Shown here: piece by piece, positions 48,893-61,058 of the stretch
Layout of the letters: the number at the start of each line of letters is the position of its first letter
How positions within the stretch are numbered: the stretch's first letter is position 1
From: Bacillota bacterium
Lineage (GTDB): Bacteria > Bacillota > Limnochordia > DTU087
Length of the DNA: 64,000 bases
Direction of reading: 5' to 3'
NCBI GenBank assembly: GCA_012519025.1
Contig: JAAYQZ010000040.1
Coordinates: 5,294-69,293 of the forward strand
Made by a program: the position numbers and the translations under genes
Notes under the pieces: generated by a model
Databases searched by the model: none
What the model was told of the DNA's origin: nothing
Seen by the model: the letters and a program-made list of their open reading frames with translations, nothing else

Positions 48893-50161
48893 CTACTTAA
48901 TAAAGCCTTCATAATGCCGCATGAGCAGTTGGGCTTCGATTTGTTTCATGGTGTCTAGAGCCACACCAACCATGATTAGAAGTCCGGTACCACCAAAATA
49001 TAGGATACTGCTGGGCATCCTGGTTACTGTGGCCATAATATACGGTAAGACCGCAATTACAGCCAAAAACACAGCACCAGCCAGGGTAATCCTGGTTAAG
49101 ACACGATCCAAATATTGTGCAGTAGGCCGCCCGGGTCTGAGCCCCGGAATAAATCCGCCGTGTTTTCTCATGTTATCCGACACTTCCATGGGGTTGAAGG
49201 TAACCGCCGTGTAGAAGTACGTAAAGAACATGACCAATAGCACATAAAGCAGGTTATACCCAATAGAGCCGTAACCCAGAAATCGGTTGATGCCTGCAAT
49301 CCCCGGGATAAACTGTGCTAGTGTCAAAGGAAAACTGAGTACAGAAGATGCAAAGATAACTGGAATAACTCCTGCTTGGTTAACCTGCATCGGTATGTGG
49401 CTTGTTTGTCCCCCGTACATGCGCCGACCAACTACACGCTTCGCGTATTGGACCGGGATGCGCCGCTGTCCCTGCTGCACCATGATGATGCCGGCTACAA
49501 CGACTACAGATAAGGCAACAAATGCCACCAAACTAAAGATGCTGATTCCGCCGGCTCCAACAGCACGTACTGCACTCCACCCTTGACCGGGAAGCCTGGC
49601 GACAATACCGGTGAAAATCAAGAGAGAGATACCGTTGCCGATTCCGTTCTCTGTCATCTTTTCACCAAGCCACATTAAAAAGGCACTTCCCGCAGTCAAA
49701 GTAGTTACAATCAAAACAGTGTTAAATACACCGGGATCGCTAACTACACCATATCCCTTTGCTGTGGCAGTAATGGCAAAGCCTTGCACCACAGCTAAAA
49801 GAACTGTTCCATATCTAGTATATTGCTGAAGTCGCTGGCGCCCATCCACACTTTCTTTGGACATCTCTTCCCAAGCAGGGATTACAATGGTCAAAAGCTG
49901 GACTATAATGGACGCTGTAATATAAGGGTTGACTCCCATAGCAAACACTGAAAAACGTGTTAGGGCTCCCCCGGCGAACAGATCCAAAAATCCGAAAATG
50001 TTGCCGCCAGTGGTACCCAACTGCTGGGCTAAAAGTTCTGCGTCGACCCCTGGCACAGGTACATAAGAACCTAACCGAAATACAACCAATAAGGCCGCCG
50101 TGTACAAAAGTCTGCGGCGCAGATCAGGGATCCGGAAGGCATTGCGCACTGCCTGCAGCAA
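48893..50161 (-). CDS. secY: Preprotein translocase subunit SecY
   Basis: A 10-transmembrane SecY protein that follows rplO. Confidence 0.95.
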   Translation of the reverse strand: MLQAVRNAFRIPDLRRRLLYTAALLVVFRLGSYVPVPGVDAELLAQQLGTTGGNIFGFLDLFAGGALTRFSVFAMGVNPYITASIIVQLLTIVIPAWEEMSKESVDGRQRLQQYTRYGTVLLAVVQGFAITATAKGYGVVSDPGVFNTVLIVTTLTAGSAFLMWLGEKMTENGIGNGISLLIFTGIVARLPGQGWSAVRAVGAGGISIFSLVAFVALSVVVVAGIIMVQQGQRRIPVQYAKRVVGRRMYGGQTSHIPMQVNQAGVIPVIFASSVLSFPLTLAQFIPGIAGINRFLGYGSIGYNLLYVLLVMFFTYFYTAVTFNPMEVSDNMRKHGGFIPGLRPGRPTAQYLDRVLTRITLAGAVFLAVIAVLPYIMATVTRMPSSILYFGGTGLLIMVGVALDTMKQIEAQLLMRHYEGFIK

Positions 50162-50605
50162 CTAGATCACCTCTACTTTGCCGCCGGCGGCTTCTATCTT
50201 GGCAGCGGCAGATTTTGTAAATCCATGGGCCTTGACCGTCAACGCCTTTTCTAGATCTCCATTACCTAAAACCTTAACTCCGTTCTGGGCAAGTTTTCGC
50301 ACAAGCCCTTGCTCAACCATCATTTCCGGAGTGACTACACTACCCGCTTCAAAGCAATTCAGATCCTCCAACTTAACTTCGCTGTAGTTTTTAGCAAAGA
50401 TGTTGGTAAACCCTCGCTTAGGCAGCCGGCGTATCAAAGGGGTTTGACCGCCCTCGAAGTGGGGGCCTTTGCCACCGCCGGAGCGTGATTTTTGTCCCTT
50501 ATGACCTCGTCCCGAGGTCTTGCCGAGACCTGAGCCAATCCCACGACCTGCTCTTCTTCTCGTTTTCCGGGATCCCGGTGCGGGACTCAACTCATGCAGT
50601 TTCAT
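50162..50605 (-). CDS. rplO: 50S ribosomal protein L15
   Basis: Similar to uL15. A GGGGGAGGTG RBS sits before [11 protein letters not shown]. Confidence 0.9.
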   Translation of the reverse strand: MKLHELSPAPGSRKTRRRAGRGIGSGLGKTSGRGHKGQKSRSGGGKGPHFEGGQTPLIRRLPKRGFTNIFAKNYSEVKLEDLNCFEAGSVVTPEMMVEQGLVRKLAQNGVKVLGNGDLEKALTVKAHGFTKSAAAKIEAAGGKVEVI

Positions 50606-50625
50606 ATTTGGGCACCTCCCCCACA

Positions 50626-50814
50626 CTACTCAATTTCCGTAACTTCCACAAGATGCTTTACCTTAAAGATCATACCTCGGATTACTGGGTTGTCATCGTG
50701 AATCACCTGGCTGTTTAGCTTCCGGAAGCCCAAAGCTCGAATTGTGGCTTTCTGATCTTTGGGGCTGCCGATGGCACTGCGTTTCCAGGTAATTTTCAAT
50801 CTTTTAGCACCCAT
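50626..50814 (-). CDS. rpmD: 50S ribosomal protein L30
   Basis: Similar to uL30 from [25 protein letters not shown] is present. Confidence 0.85.
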   Translation of the reverse strand: MGAKRLKITWKRSAIGSPKDQKATIRALGFRKLNSQVIHDDNPVIRGMIFKVKHLVEVTEIE

Positions 50815-50839
50815 GTCCTGCCCCCCTCTGTCCAACCTG

Positions 50840-51364
50840 CTAGGCCAAAATTTCCTCTGGAGACTTACCCCGGATCCGGGCAACTTCTTCGACTGTTTTC
50901 ATCGATTGTAAGCCTTTCACAGTTGCCGCCACCACGTTAATGGGATTTGAGGAACCCAATGATTTCGTTAAAACGTCCCTGTAGCCGGCAGCTTCCATGA
51001 CGGCACGTACCGGTCCCCCGGCGATCACTCCTGTACCTTCGGCCGCAGGTTTTAAGAAAACCCGGGCGCCACTGAACTTAGTGGTAAGTTCGTGGGGAAT
51101 GGTTGTGCCAACCATCGGGACAGAGATAATGTTTTTCTTTGCTTCATCTACGCCTTTGCGGATAGCACCCGCTACATCCTTGGCTTTACCTAGGCCTGAC
51201 CCCACATGACCATTGCCATCGCCTACAACGACTAAGGCACTGAAACTGCGGGTACGGCCGCCTTTGACTACTTTGGAAACAGGATTAATGCTGACGACAC
51301 GCTCTTCTAGGTCGCCCAAACTGTTTGGATCGATCATCCGCCGTCGATTTAATACCACTGTCAC
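50840..51364 (-). CDS. rpsE: 30S ribosomal protein S5
   Basis: Similar to uS5. Confidence 0.95.
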   Translation of the reverse strand: MTVVLNRRRMIDPNSLGDLEERVVSINPVSKVVKGGRTRSFSALVVVGDGNGHVGSGLGKAKDVAGAIRKGVDEAKKNIISVPMVGTTIPHELTTKFSGARVFLKPAAEGTGVIAGGPVRAVMEAAGYRDVLTKSLGSSNPINVVAATVKGLQSMKTVEEVARIRGKSPEEILA

Positions 51365-51376
51365 ACCCCCTGTCTG

Positions 51377-51742
51377 TTAAAAGTCCAGCCCAGCTTCGCG
51401 GGCTCCTTCAGCTAAAGCTTTGATTCTTCCGGCGTATTGGTTTCCGCCTCGATCAAATGTCACTTGCTTGACACCGTTTTCCAACGCTCTTTTTCCGACC
51501 AATTCTCCTACTGCCTTGGCCGCCTCTTGGTTTGCCGTGTGTTCCAACCGATCCTTAAGTTCCGGATCGAGTGTGGAAGCGGCGGCTAATGTCCGACCGG
51601 CAGTATCATCAATCACTTGAGCGTATATATGATTTAAGCTGCGGTAGACGTTGAGGCGGGGCCGCTCGGGTGTGCCCACAACCCGGTTGCGCAATCGCAT
51701 ATGGCGTTTGCGTCGGGCGGCTTTGCGTTCAACTCTTGGCAT
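51377..51742 (-). CDS. rplR: 50S ribosomal protein L18
   Basis: Similar to uL18. Confidence 0.95.
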   Translation of the reverse strand: MPRVERKAARRKRHMRLRNRVVGTPERPRLNVYRSLNHIYAQVIDDTAGRTLAAASTLDPELKDRLEHTANQEAAKAVGELVGKRALENGVKQVTFDRGGNQYAGRIKALAEGAREAGLDF

Positions 51743-51758
51743 ATACCTTCACCTCTTT

Positions 51759-52298
51759 TTAGACTCTGCCTGCTTTGCCCGCCTTGCGTATAATCTGCTC
51801 TCCGGCATACCGGATACCTTTGCCTAGGTATGGCTCCGGCGGCCGTACGGCTCTGATTTTGGCTGCGGTCTCACCCACCAACTGCTTGTCGATACCGCTG
51901 ACGGAAATCCGAGTGGGTGACGGTACTTCAAACTGTATTCCCTCTTCAGGGTCAATCTCAACTAAATGAGAGAAACCCATATTCAACACTAGTTTATTGC
52001 CCTGCATCTGGGCTCTGTAGCCCACACCTGTTATTTCCAGATCCCTTTTGTAGCCTTTGACAACGCCTTCGATCATGTTGTTCAAAAGGCTGCGGGTCAG
52101 GCCGTGCAGCGACTTGTAGAATTTCTTTTCATTTGGTCGCTCAACCAGCAGGGTATTGTCTTCTAGGGCAATGATCATATCCGGATGAAATTGCTGCGTT
52201 AAAGCGCCTTTCGGTCCCCGGACTGTCACGGTTTGGCCGTTGATTTCCACTTCTACACCAGATGGAATTTCCACCGGCATTCTGCCGATCCTGGACAC
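51759..52298 (-). CDS. rplF: 50S ribosomal protein L6
   Basis: Similar to uL6. Confidence 0.95.
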   Translation of the reverse strand: MSRIGRMPVEIPSGVEVEINGQTVTVRGPKGALTQQFHPDMIIALEDNTLLVERPNEKKFYKSLHGLTRSLLNNMIEGVVKGYKRDLEITGVGYRAQMQGNKLVLNMGFSHLVEIDPEEGIQFEVPSPTRISVSGIDKQLVGETAAKIRAVRPPEPYLGKGIRYAGEQIIRKAGKAGRV

Positions 52299-52335
52299 GA
52301 TTGCCCCTCCTCTCTCCTATTTGGAACAAATGTCA

Positions 52336-52734
52336 TTACCATACATAGCACAGTACTTCGCCGCCGACACGGGCCTGGCGGGCCTGTTTGTCTGTCATCA
52401 CCCCGTGGGAGGTAGACAGTACTGCTATACCCAAACCACCCAATACTCGAGGTATCTCGTCTCTTTTGGCGTACACCCTCAATCCGGGCTTACTGATGCG
52501 CTTGATGCCGGAGATAGTCAGCTGCTTGTTGGCTCCGTATCTGAGATAAACTCGCAAAAAGCCGTGTTTACCGTCATCAATCACTTTATAATCCCGAACA
52601 TATCCTTCATCTTTAAGGATCCGCGCCACTTCAACTTTTAGTTTAGAGACGGGGATATCCACACTATCATGCTTGGCGCTGTTAGCATTGCGAATGCGAG
52701 TCAGCATATCCGCAATTGGGTCTGTCATTACCAT
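52336..52734 (-). CDS. rpsH: 30S ribosomal protein S8
   Basis: Similar to uS8. Confidence 0.95.
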   Translation of the reverse strand: MVMTDPIADMLTRIRNANSAKHDSVDIPVSKLKVEVARILKDEGYVRDYKVIDDGKHGFLRVYLRYGANKQLTISGIKRISKPGLRVYAKRDEIPRVLGGLGIAVLSTSHGVMTDKQARQARVGGEVLCYVW

Positions 52735-52761
52735 TGGGCAACCCCCTTCCTCATGACTTCC

Positions 52762-52947
52762 TTACCAGCTGGCCTTAGTAATCCCGGGCAACTCGCCTCG
52801 AGAGGCCAATTCCCGAAAACAAATCCGGCATAACTGGAATTTACGCATATAGCCTCGAGGGCGTCCGCAGACGCGGCAGCGATTAACCCGACGTGTGGAG
52901 AACTTGGGAGTCCTCTTGGCCCGGACAACCATTGCTTTTCTTGCCAC
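52762..52947 (-). CDS. rpsZ: 30S ribosomal protein S14 type Z (zinc-binding)
   Basis: A 61-aa protein with CxxC...CxxC motifs. Confidence 0.9.
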   Translation of the reverse strand: MARKAMVVRAKRTPKFSTRRVNRCRVCGRPRGYMRKFQLCRICFRELASRGELPGITKASW

Positions 52948-52999
52948 ACTATCACTCCTTCACAAATTATACCTGACTTTTCCTGGGATATCTGCACTG

Positions 53000-53542
53000 C
53001 TACTGCTCCCTGAAAGGCATTCCCAGGCTTCTTAACATTTCCAAGCCTTCTTCATCTGTTTCTGCAGTAGTTCTAATTACGATATTCATGCCCTGGACCC
53101 GTTCCACGTCATCATAACTGATTTCCGGGAAAATGATCTGCTCACGAATTCCAAGGGTATAATTGCCTCTTCCGTCAAAGGATCGGGGAGAAAGGCCTCG
53201 AAAGTCTCTCACTCTTGGCAAAGTAGCATTGATCAGCTTATCTAGGAAATCGTACATCCGATCTCCCCTGAGGGTCACCATACAACCCACCGGCATGCCT
53301 TCCCGCACCTTAAACGCTGCTACAGACTTTTTAGCCCGAGTAATTATAGGTTTTTGCCCTGTAATCAAGGACAAGTCTTTTACCGCAGCATCCATAGCCT
53401 TCGCATCGTCAACTGCCGCTCCAACTCCCATGTTGACGGTAATCTTATCGACTTTAGGCACCATCATTATATTTTTGTAATTGAACTTTTCCATTAAGGC
53501 AGGAACAGCTTCGTTTCTATATTTTTCTTTCAGCCGTGACAT
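53000..53542 (-). CDS. rplE: 50S ribosomal protein L5
   Basis: Similar to uL5. A GGAAGGAGGG RBS precedes MSRLKEKY. Confidence 0.9.
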   Translation of the reverse strand: MSRLKEKYRNEAVPALMEKFNYKNIMMVPKVDKITVNMGVGAAVDDAKAMDAAVKDLSLITGQKPIITRAKKSVAAFKVREGMPVGCMVTLRGDRMYDFLDKLINATLPRVRDFRGLSPRSFDGRGNYTLGIREQIIFPEISYDDVERVQGMNIVIRTTAETDEEGLEMLRSLGMPFREQ

Positions 53543-53565
53543 CATGCTGCCCTCCTTCCACACCG

Positions 53566-53910
53566 TTAATCTATGGGACGACCACAGTTTTCATTTTTAC
53601 ATATCCTTACAAGCCCATTGGGACCCCTTTGCCTGCTTACCCGTGTGCGCTTCTCACAGTGTGGGCATATCAGCATCACATTAGAGGCATCCATGGGAGC
53701 AGGGCTATCGATAATGCCGCCTTGGGTATTTGTTTGAGTAGGGCGGGTGTGTTTTTTCACCATATTAAGGCCATCGACAATTACGCGATTTTCCTTGGGT
53801 AGAACCCGCAAAATGCGCCCGGATTTGCCTTTCTCTTCGCCCCTAAGGACATAAACCCGGTCACCTCTTTTAACGTGTACCTTGGCCACTGGCTCCAACC
53901 TCCTTCCCAT
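53566..53910 (-). CDS. rplX: 50S ribosomal protein L24 with a C-terminal CxxC...CxxxxC zinc-ribbon-like tail
   Basis: A uL24 KOW domain followed by [11 protein letters not shown]...RICKNENCG. Confidence 0.9.
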   Translation of the reverse strand: MGRRLEPVAKVHVKRGDRVYVLRGEEKGKSGRILRVLPKENRVIVDGLNMVKKHTRPTQTNTQGGIIDSPAPMDASNVMLICPHCEKRTRVSRQRGPNGLVRICKNENCGRPID

Positions 53911-53915
53911 GGTAA

Positions 53916-54284
53916 CTAAAGCACTTCCGGTGCAAGAGATACAATTCTCATAAAGTTCGCGTCACGCAATTCCCGGGCAACGGGCCCGAAGATGCGCGTG
54001 CCACGGGGATTATTTTGGTTATCTATAATGACCGCCGCATTCTCATCAAAGCGAATATAAGTTCCGTCATTGCGACCGGTTGCTTGTTTTGTGCGAACAA
54101 TTACTGCGGTTACAATTTCGCCTTTCTTGACCACGCCACCGGGCGTTGCTTCTTTGACAGTTGCCACTATGACGTCGCCTATGCGAGCATACCTCCGCCC
54201 GGTGCCTCCGGGGACCCTAATGCACTGTATCTCTCTAGCTCCTGAATTGTCGGCTACTTTTACCAGCGATTCTTGTTGAATCAC
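53916..54284 (-). CDS. rplN: 50S ribosomal protein L14, GTG start
   Basis: Similar to uL14 from (M)[25 protein letters not shown] sits 7 nt upstream of the GTG. Confidence 0.9.
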   Translation of the reverse strand: MIQQESLVKVADNSGAREIQCIRVPGGTGRRYARIGDVIVATVKEATPGGVVKKGEIVTAVIVRTKQATGRNDGTYIRFDENAAVIIDNQNNPRGTRIFGPVARELRDANFMRIVSLAPEVL

Positions 54285-54347
54285 GACCCGTACCTCCTTC
54301 CACCACAACTCAATAACGATTCTCCCGTTTTAAGGGGAGGATGGCTA

Positions 54348-54611
54348 TTACCTAGCCTTTTCTAAGATCTCGACTAGACGCCACCGTTTGTCTTTGGAAA
54401 GCGGCCTAGTTTCCATGATTCGCACCCGATCGCCAACTTTGGCACTGCTGTGTTCGTCATGGGCCTTAAATTTGCTGGTGCGCTTAATATATTTCCCGTA
54501 GAGCGAATGCTTAACACGGCGCTCTACTTCCACTACAACAGTTTTGTTCATTTTGTCGGAGACTACTGTCCCCACGCGGCTCTTGCGCGCGTTGCGCTCA
54601 ACCACGTTCAC
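54348..54611 (-). CDS. rpsQ: 30S ribosomal protein S17
   Basis: Similar to uS17. Confidence 0.95.
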   Translation of the reverse strand: MNVVERNARKSRVGTVVSDKMNKTVVVEVERRVKHSLYGKYIKRTSKFKAHDEHSSAKVGDRVRIMETRPLSKDKRWRLVEILEKAR

Positions 54612-54635
54612 ACCCCCTTCGCCATAGGGATATTG

Positions 54636-54836
54636 TTATCGGGCTATACCTAGCTCCCGTTCTCTAATAATGGTTTTCACCCGGGCAATGTCGCGGCGCA
54701 CACTTCGCACCCGCATGGGATTATCAAGTTGGGCTGTAACCATTTGGAATCGCAAATTAAACAGTTCTTCTTTAAGATCGTCTAAAGTCTTCTCCAGTTC
54801 CTCTGTTGTCATTGCTCTGATTTCCTCAGCCTTCAT
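54636..54836 (-). CDS. rpmC: 50S ribosomal protein L29
   Basis: Similar to uL29 from [14 protein letters not shown]. Confidence 0.85.
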   Translation of the reverse strand: MKAEEIRAMTTEELEKTLDDLKEELFNLRFQMVTAQLDNPMRVRSVRRDIARVKTIIRERELGIAR

Positions 54837-55260
54837 GCGCCTCACCACCTGCCTGTTCACGCGTGATGAACTTCGTTTTAAGGGGCAGCTTATGGGCCGC
54901 CAGCCGCATGGCCTCCTGGGCCATTTCTTCCGAAACGCCGGCGATTTCAAACATGATTCGTCCCGGCTTCACCACTGCCACCCAGTGATCCGGAGCCCCT
55001 TTACCTTTACCCATGCGAGTTTCGGCGGGCCGGGCAGTCACTGGTTTATCTGGGAAGATTTTCACCCAGACTTTCCCACCTCGGCGAATATACCGGGTCA
55101 TGGCGATTCGTGCAGATTCAATCTGTGCACTGGTAATCCAACCAGGTTCCATGGCCTGTAACCCGTAATCTCCGAAGGTGACAGTGGATCCCCTGTGTGC
55201 GAAACCTCTCATTCGCCCACGCTGCTGTTTGCGATACTTAACTCTTCTGGGGATCAGCAT
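54826..55260 (-). CDS. rplP: 50S ribosomal protein L16
   Basis: Similar to uL16 ([16 protein letters not shown]). Confidence 0.95.
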   Translation of the reverse strand: MLIPRRVKYRKQQRGRMRGFAHRGSTVTFGDYGLQAMEPGWITSAQIESARIAMTRYIRRGGKVWVKIFPDKPVTARPAETRMGKGKGAPDHWVAVVKPGRIMFEIAGVSEEMAQEAMRLAAHKLPLKTKFITREQAGGEAHEG

Positions 55261-55262
55261 TC

Positions 55263-55922
55263 TTATTCCCCTCCCTTTACCGTCTTCTCCTTATCAGGGA
55301 GGACCTCTCCCTTGTAAATCCAAACCTTGACACCAATACGGCCGTAGGTTGTAGCAGCTTCCGTGAAACCATAGTCAATGTCGGCTCTTAGGGTGTGCAG
55401 GGGAATACTACCTTCCGGTGTCCATTCCATCCTGGCGATCTCCGCCCCACCGAGGCGCCCGGATACCGCAATTTTGATACCTTCGGCTCCAAAACGCATG
55501 GCTCGCTGCTGGGCCTGCCGCATGGCTCTTCTAAAAGACACTCGGCGCTCCAGTTGAAATGCAATGTTTTCCGCTACCAGCTGTGCGTCTATTTCAGGAA
55601 CTTTGACTTCCACAATATTTATTTGACACTGTCTGCCGGTTTCTGCTTCAATCTCTTTACGCAAGCTGTCTACTTCTGCACCGCCTCGCCCGATGACCAT
55701 ACCGGGCCGGGCTGTGTGCACCGTAATCTTTAGGCGGTTTGCAGCTCGTTCAATTTCCACGCTGGATATGCCGGCTGTGTAAAACCGTTCCTTAATCTTT
55801 TCTCTTAGGGCCAGATCCTCGTGGAGAAACTCAGCGTAATTTCGGTTGTCAGCATACCATCTACTCTCCCAGTCGCGAATTATGCCAACCCGCAGACTGA
55901 TAGGGTTTATCTTTTGCCCCAC
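55263..55922 (-). CDS. rpsC: 30S ribosomal protein S3, GTG start
   Basis: Similar to uS3 from (M)[12 protein letters not shown]. An AAAGGAGG RBS is present. Confidence 0.9.
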   Translation of the reverse strand: MGQKINPISLRVGIIRDWESRWYADNRNYAEFLHEDLALREKIKERFYTAGISSVEIERAANRLKITVHTARPGMVIGRGGAEVDSLRKEIEAETGRQCQINIVEVKVPEIDAQLVAENIAFQLERRVSFRRAMRQAQQRAMRFGAEGIKIAVSGRLGGAEIARMEWTPEGSIPLHTLRADIDYGFTEAATTYGRIGVKVWIYKGEVLPDKEKTVKGGE

Positions 55923-55926
55923 GCAT

Positions 55927-56265
55927 CTATGCCTCCTTTTCCGCCACGACCACAGTGATATGACTGATCCGCTTGCGAATCCTGTATGCCATTCCACGGG
56001 CTCGAGGCCTAATTCTTTTCATCGTCGGGCCTTCATCTACATAGGCCCTGCGCACGTATAAGCTTTCTCCATCCATATCGTAATTGTTTTCAGCATTAGC
56101 TATAGCCGAAAGTAATGCCTTTTCTATTACGCCGGAAGCAGCTTTTGGGGTATGGCGCAGTATGACCATCGCTTCCCCCACATCTTTGCCCCGGATGAGG
56201 TCGATTACTTGTCGGGCCTTACGGGGCGACATTCGTACATGACGTGCTACTGCCTTGGCTTCCAT
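55927..56265 (-). CDS. rplV: 50S ribosomal protein L22
   Basis: Similar to uL22. Confidence 0.95.
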   Translation of the reverse strand: MEAKAVARHVRMSPRKARQVIDLIRGKDVGEAMVILRHTPKAASGVIEKALLSAIANAENNYDMDGESLYVRRAYVDEGPTMKRIRPRARGMAYRIRKRISHITVVVAEKEA

Positions 56266-56300
56266 CTTCTTTACCCCCTAAACCGGTCACACATCACCGG

Positions 56301-56591
56301 CTACAGCACTCTTGATGTTCGCTCAGTTGCCGCGCTCCGGGAATGATTCCGAAACAACCGGGTGGGAGCGAACTCGCCTAGTTTGTGACCCACCATATCC
56401 TCTGAAATATAGACCGGAACGTGTCTGCGCCCGTCATGGACTGCAATCGTATGACCTACTAGCTCTGGAAATATTGTCGAGCGTCTGGACCAGGTCCGGA
56501 TCACTCGCTTTTCGCCCTTTTCGTTCATCTCTTTAACCTTCTTAAGCAGATGATCGTCGATAAAAGGACCCTTTTTTAGAGATCTAGCCAT
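56301..56591 (-). CDS. rpsS: 30S ribosomal protein S19
   Basis: Similar to uS19. Confidence 0.95.
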   Translation of the reverse strand: MARSLKKGPFIDDHLLKKVKEMNEKGEKRVIRTWSRRSTIFPELVGHTIAVHDGRRHVPVYISEDMVGHKLGEFAPTRLFRNHSRSAATERTSRVL

Positions 56592-56670
56592 TTATTCAAG
56601 CCTCCCTTCCCGTCAAGGCAGCCGGCCCGTTTGACCGGCCTATTACCCTTTCTGGGACCTAAATCTCATC

Positions 56671-57498
56671 TTACCGCTTCCGTCTCCGCACAATGTATCG
56701 ATCCGAAAGCTTTCTCTTGCGAGTTTTTGCCCCTAAGGTAGGCTTACCCCAGGGTGTAAGCGGTGTCGGCATACCGATAGGAGCCAAGCCCTCACCACCA
56801 CCGTGGGGGTGATCAGTAGCATTCATGGCAATACCTCGGGTTTGCGGACGAACGCCCAACCAGCGCTTCCGTCCGGCCTTGCCGATAGTAATATTCTCGT
56901 GATTGACATTCCCTACCTGACCAATAGTGGCTCGACATGCAAGCAGTACCATGCGGAATTCCCCGGATGGCAGCCGCAGGGTGGCGTATTTACCTTCTTT
57001 AGCCATAACCTGTGCCGACGCACCGGCTGATCGAACCATTTGCCCGCCTTTGCCGGGGTGCAGTTCAATATTGTGCACCATAGTACCGGTGGGGATGTCT
57101 TGCAGCCTTAAAGCATTTCCAGGCTTGATATCTGCCTCAGGACCGGACATGACTGTATCACCGGGCTGCAGGCCAACAGGAGCTAGAATGTAGCGTTTCT
57201 CACCATCGGCATAATGCAGCAGTGCAATGCGAGCAGAACGATTGGGATCATATTCAATACCGGCCACTTTTGCCGGAATCCCATCTTTATCACGGCGAAA
57301 GTCAATGATACGATATCTGCGCTTATGCCCACCGCCGCGATGGCGGGAGGTTTTTCGACCGCGATTGTTGCGCCCTCCGGTTCCAGACAGGGGAGCCAGC
57401 AGCGACTTCTCCGGCTCGGTTTTGGTGATTTCGTCAAAACTGTATCCTGTCATACTGCGACGGCCCGGTGAAGTCGGTTTAAACTTCTTAATCGCCAC
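56671..57498 (-). CDS. rplB: 50S ribosomal protein L2, GTG start
   Basis: Similar to uL2 from (M)[26 protein letters not shown] is present. Confidence 0.9.
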   Translation of the reverse strand: MAIKKFKPTSPGRRSMTGYSFDEITKTEPEKSLLAPLSGTGGRNNRGRKTSRHRGGGHKRRYRIIDFRRDKDGIPAKVAGIEYDPNRSARIALLHYADGEKRYILAPVGLQPGDTVMSGPEADIKPGNALRLQDIPTGTMVHNIELHPGKGGQMVRSAGASAQVMAKEGKYATLRLPSGEFRMVLLACRATIGQVGNVNHENITIGKAGRKRWLGVRPQTRGIAMNATDHPHGGGEGLAPIGMPTPLTPWGKPTLGAKTRKRKLSDRYIVRRRKR

Positions 57499-57551
57499 TT
57501 GTTTTCCCCTCCTCATTTACATACTTCCCTTTAAATAGAGAGTTCATTGTG

Positions 57552-57839
57552 TTAGATTCCTTCAAAAAGTTCTATGGTATCGCCGTCGCGCAGGGTGACG
57601 ATGGCCTTTTTCCAATCGGGACGCCGACCTTCATGTTGGCCCATGCGTCTGACCTTGCCCCGCACACGCATAGTGTTAACCTTCTCAACTTTGACGTCGA
57701 AAATCTGTTCAACGGCTTCTCGAATTTGCGGTTTCGTAGCTTTCAAATCTACTGCAAAAGTATATTTGTTATCTTCCATTAAAGCCATGGTCTTTTCACT
57801 GACGACTGGCCGACGGATGATGCTGCGCAAATCTCCCAC
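57552..57839 (-). CDS. rplW: 50S ribosomal protein L23
   Basis: Similar to uL23. Confidence 0.95.
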   Translation of the reverse strand: MGDLRSIIRRPVVSEKTMALMEDNKYTFAVDLKATKPQIREAVEQIFDVKVEKVNTMRVRGKVRRMGQHEGRRPDWKKAIVTLRDGDTIELFEGI

Positions 57840-58462
57840 TATGACAGCACCTCCTCGATGGACTCAATAGCCTTTTTGGTCAAAACCAAGTTATCGCAGT
57901 GCAGCACCTGATAAACGTTGAGATCTTGGGCGCGGGCCGTGTTTACTCCGGCAATGTTCCGTGCAGATAAATATACATTGCGCCCTCCATCAGCAGTAAC
58001 AACCAAAGATTTACCTGCTGCTTTGAGGTTATTTAGAATATTGACCATCTGCTTGGTTTTCGGTTCATTTAGCTGCAGATCGTCAAGGACAATCAAATTC
58101 CCAGAAGCAACTTTTGCTGATAAAGCCGATCTTAACGCCTGCCTGCGAGCCTTTTTGGGCATAGACTTTCTGTAGCTCCGCGGCGTTGGCCCGAAGGTGA
58201 CGCCGCCGCCTACCCAGATGGGTGATCGGATGCTGCCGTGTCTGGCCCTTCCTGTGCCTTTTTGTCGCCAGGGCTTGCGACCACCGCCTCGAACCGCGGC
58301 CCTATTTTTGGTGGCTGCGGTACCTTGTCGCTGGTTGGCCAAAAACATTACCACCGCCTGATGCATCAGTGACTTGTTGATGGTTGCGGCAAAAATGTCT
58401 GAATTGAGCTCAAGCTCATCTATGGCCTTACCTTCTACATCATAGACAGCGACTTTTGGCAT
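57839..58462 (-). CDS. rplD: 50S ribosomal protein L4
   Basis: Similar to uL4. Confidence 0.95.
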   Translation of the reverse strand: MPKVAVYDVEGKAIDELELNSDIFAATINKSLMHQAVVMFLANQRQGTAATKNRAAVRGGGRKPWRQKGTGRARHGSIRSPIWVGGGVTFGPTPRSYRKSMPKKARRQALRSALSAKVASGNLIVLDDLQLNEPKTKQMVNILNNLKAAGKSLVVTADGGRNVYLSARNIAGVNTARAQDLNVYQVLHCDNLVLTKKAIESIEEVLS

Positions 58463-58514
58463 GGGTTCTGCCCCCTTTCCACAAATTGCATTGACTTTAT
58501 TTTCATTTCACAAC

Positions 58515-59150
58515 TCAGGCCTTGACTGCTGCCTGAACTTTAACCAGACTGCCCCGAACACCAGGGACGCCGCCTCTAATCAATAGCAAGTTTCGATCGG
58601 CATCCACGCGCACCACTTCCAGGTTTTGGATAGTACGGCGCACATTACCCATTCTACCGGGGAGTTTTCTGCCTTTAAACACCCGGGACTGTCCGGCGGC
58701 ACCTGAGGATCCAACACCACGGTGAAACTGTGAACCGTGGCTTGAAGGCCCTCGACTGAAACCCCAGCGCTTTACAACACCGGCTGTTCCCTTACCCTTT
58801 GTAGTCCCTGTGACATCAACCAAATCCCCGGCTGCAAAAATATCCACACTAATGGTATCCCCGGGCTGCAAATCCTTAAATTCTTCTATACTTTCTGTGC
58901 GGAATTCCCGCAAATATCGCAAGTTCGCCACATTCGCCTTGGCCAAATGGCCCCGCTGCCCTTTAGAAAGCAGTTTCTCGCGAACTTCCCCGAATCCGAC
59001 CTGCACCGCTTCGTAACCGTCCACTTCTTGGTTCTTAACTTGAACCACTACATTGGGACTGGCTTCAATCACGGTCACGGGCACCAATTCCCCGTTTTCT
59101 GTAAAGACCTGGGTCATGCCGACCTTGCGTCCTAATAACCCCTTTGGCAT
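58515..59150 (-). CDS. rplC: 50S ribosomal protein L3
   Basis: Similar to uL3 from [16 protein letters not shown]. An AAGGGGGTG RBS is present. Confidence 0.9.
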   Translation of the reverse strand: MPKGLLGRKVGMTQVFTENGELVPVTVIEASPNVVVQVKNQEVDGYEAVQVGFGEVREKLLSKGQRGHLAKANVANLRYLREFRTESIEEFKDLQPGDTISVDIFAAGDLVDVTGTTKGKGTAGVVKRWGFSRGPSSHGSQFHRGVGSSGAAGQSRVFKGRKLPGRMGNVRRTIQNLEVVRVDADRNLLLIRGGVPGVRGSLVKVQAAVKA

Positions 59151-59195
59151 CTGCTGCACCCCCTTATACCGCTTAAAACGATTTCATAGTTATTC

Positions 59196-59504
59196 TTAGA
59201 GCCTGATCTCTATATCGACTGCTGCCGGCAGATCCAAACGCATTAGAGCATCTACCGTTTTGGGTGTTGGCTCCAGAATATCGATAAGTCGCTTATGAGT
59301 CCGCATCTCGAATTGCTCTCGGGCATCTTTATGAATATGCACTGAGCGCAACACTGTATAGATATTGCGTTCGGTCGGCAGCGGAATCGGACCTGAAGTC
59401 ACTGCACCTGTTCTTTGGGCAGTATCGACGATTTTCGTTGCCGCGGCATCTAAGAGTTTGTGGTCATATGCCTTAAGGCGGATGCGTATTCGTTGTTTAG
59501 CCAC
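59196..59504 (-). CDS. rpsJ: 30S ribosomal protein S10
   Basis: Similar to uS10. Confidence 0.95.
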   Translation of the reverse strand: MAKQRIRIRLKAYDHKLLDAAATKIVDTAQRTGAVTSGPIPLPTERNIYTVLRSVHIHKDAREQFEMRTHKRLIDILEPTPKTVDALMRLDLPAAVDIEIRL

Positions 59505-59629
59505 AAGTTTCCCTCCTTCTACGCCTGATCTTCAGACATGCTCCGCGAAAATTCCCCGGCACCTGCTGCCTGCCGCACCTGTTTGGGCAGAGGAGGTAGG
59601 GCCAGCAACCTCTCGCTTCATCGCTCTCT

Positions 59630-59676
59630 CTAATTTTGCATAATCGAGGGGGATTCTGTATCCCTGAATCCCCCTA
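59630..59676 (-). terminator. Stem-loop after tuf that is a possible terminator or attenuator upstream of the S10 operon
   Basis: GAUAGGGGGAUUC-AGGGAUACA-GAAUCCCCCUC is followed by an A/U-rich stretch with no clean U-run. Confidence 0.4.
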
Positions 59677-59734
59677 TCCAGAGCAATGCAGTTAATTCTT
59701 CTTGCCCACTGTCTATGGCTGTGATCACCATTTA

Positions 59735-60934
59735 TTAGGCTAGGATTTTAGTTACAACTCCGGCTCCTACAGTGCGGCCACCCTCACGGATAGCAAAACG
59801 GAGACCTTCTTCCATAGCGATAGGGGTGATCAGTTCGCCGTTTACTCGAACGTTGTCACCAGGCATGATCATTTCAATGCCTTCCGGCAAATGCACAACA
59901 CCGGTGACGTCGGTTGTTCTAAAGTAGAACTGGGGGCGGTAGCCGGTGAAAAACGGCGTGTGACGTCCGCCTTCTTCTTTAGACAGAATATAGACTTCAC
60001 CCTCAAATTTTGTATGAGGTGTGATGCTGCCGGGCTTGGCCAAAACTTGGCCACGCTCGATATCTTCGCGATCCACGCCTCTTAGGAGCACACCAACGTT
60101 GTCTCCAGCTTGGGCCTGATCGAGCAGCTTACGGAACATTTCTACTCCTGTGGCAACGGTCTTGCGGCTGGAATCAGTGAGACCAACAATCTCCACTTCG
60201 TCTCCGACTTTAACGATACCGCGCTCAACCCTACCGGTAGCCACTGTACCACGACCGGTAATGGAAAAGACGTCTTCCACCGGCATGAGGAACGGACGGT
60301 CTACATCACGGGCAGGTGTTGGAATATATTCGTCAACAGCATCCATCAAAAGCTGCAGTTTCTCACACCACTCACATTCACCACAACCGCCGCACTCAAG
60401 CACTTTGAGTCCGGAGCCGGACAATACAGGAATCTCGTCGCCGGGGAACTCATACTCGTTAAGCAGGTCTCTAACTTCCATCTCAACCAGCTCCATGAGC
60501 TCCTCGTCATCGACCATGTCAGATTTGTTGAGCCAAACAACGATAGCCGGCACGCCTACCTGGCGGGCGAGCAAGATATGCTCTCGGGTCTGCGGCATGG
60601 GGCCGTCAGCAGCAGATACTACTAAGATAGCACCATCCATCTGTGCAGCACCGGTAATCATATTTTTCACGTAGTCCGCGTGACCTGGGCAATCCACGTG
60701 GGCATAGTGCCGCTCATCGGTCTCATACTCAACGTGGGAGGTATTAATAGTAATACCACGTTCTCTTTCTTCAGGGGCCTTATCGATCTCATCAAATTTC
60801 CGGGCCTCTGCAGTCCCTTTCTGTGAAAGCAATAGGGTAATAGCCGCGGTCGTGGTAGTCTTGCCATGGTCAACGTGACCGATGGTTCCAATATTTACGT
60901 GAGGCTTGGTCCTTTCAAACTTCTCTTTAGCCAA
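59735..60934 (-). CDS. tuf: Elongation factor Tu, with an unusual [10 protein letters not shown] insertion
   Basis: G-domain motifs [13 protein letters not shown] and NKxD, plus domains II and III. Confidence 0.95.
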   Translation of the reverse strand: MAKEKFERTKPHVNIGTIGHVDHGKTTTTAAITLLLSQKGTAEARKFDEIDKAPEERERGITINTSHVEYETDERHYAHVDCPGHADYVKNMITGAAQMDGAILVVSAADGPMPQTREHILLARQVGVPAIVVWLNKSDMVDDEELMELVEMEVRDLLNEYEFPGDEIPVLSGSGLKVLECGGCGECEWCEKLQLLMDAVDEYIPTPARDVDRPFLMPVEDVFSITGRGTVATGRVERGIVKVGDEVEIVGLTDSSRKTVATGVEMFRKLLDQAQAGDNVGVLLRGVDREDIERGQVLAKPGSITPHTKFEGEVYILSKEEGGRHTPFFTGYRPQFYFRTTDVTGVVHLPEGIEMIMPGDNVRVNGELITPIAMEEGLRFAIREGGRTVGAGVVTKILA

Positions 60935-61058
60935 TGCTCATATCCTCCTTCTCAAACAGCTTAATGAATTTAGCACACAATACTTTTTTTATCAGCTGCA
61001 GCGAAAAGTCGTTTGCGGCTCTTCGCTGCCCAGCCTTCCAAGGAATTATAGCAGAGAT

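Noticed and set aside
48848-48893. Absence of adk between secY and map
   Set aside because: Several Firmicutes lineages keep adk elsewhere. It is worth noting for synteny but is not evidence of a novel system.
60110-60674. Two ORFs of about 170 aa antisense to tuf
   Set aside because: They are shadow ORFs opposite EF-Tu and show Ser/Thr-rich low complexity.
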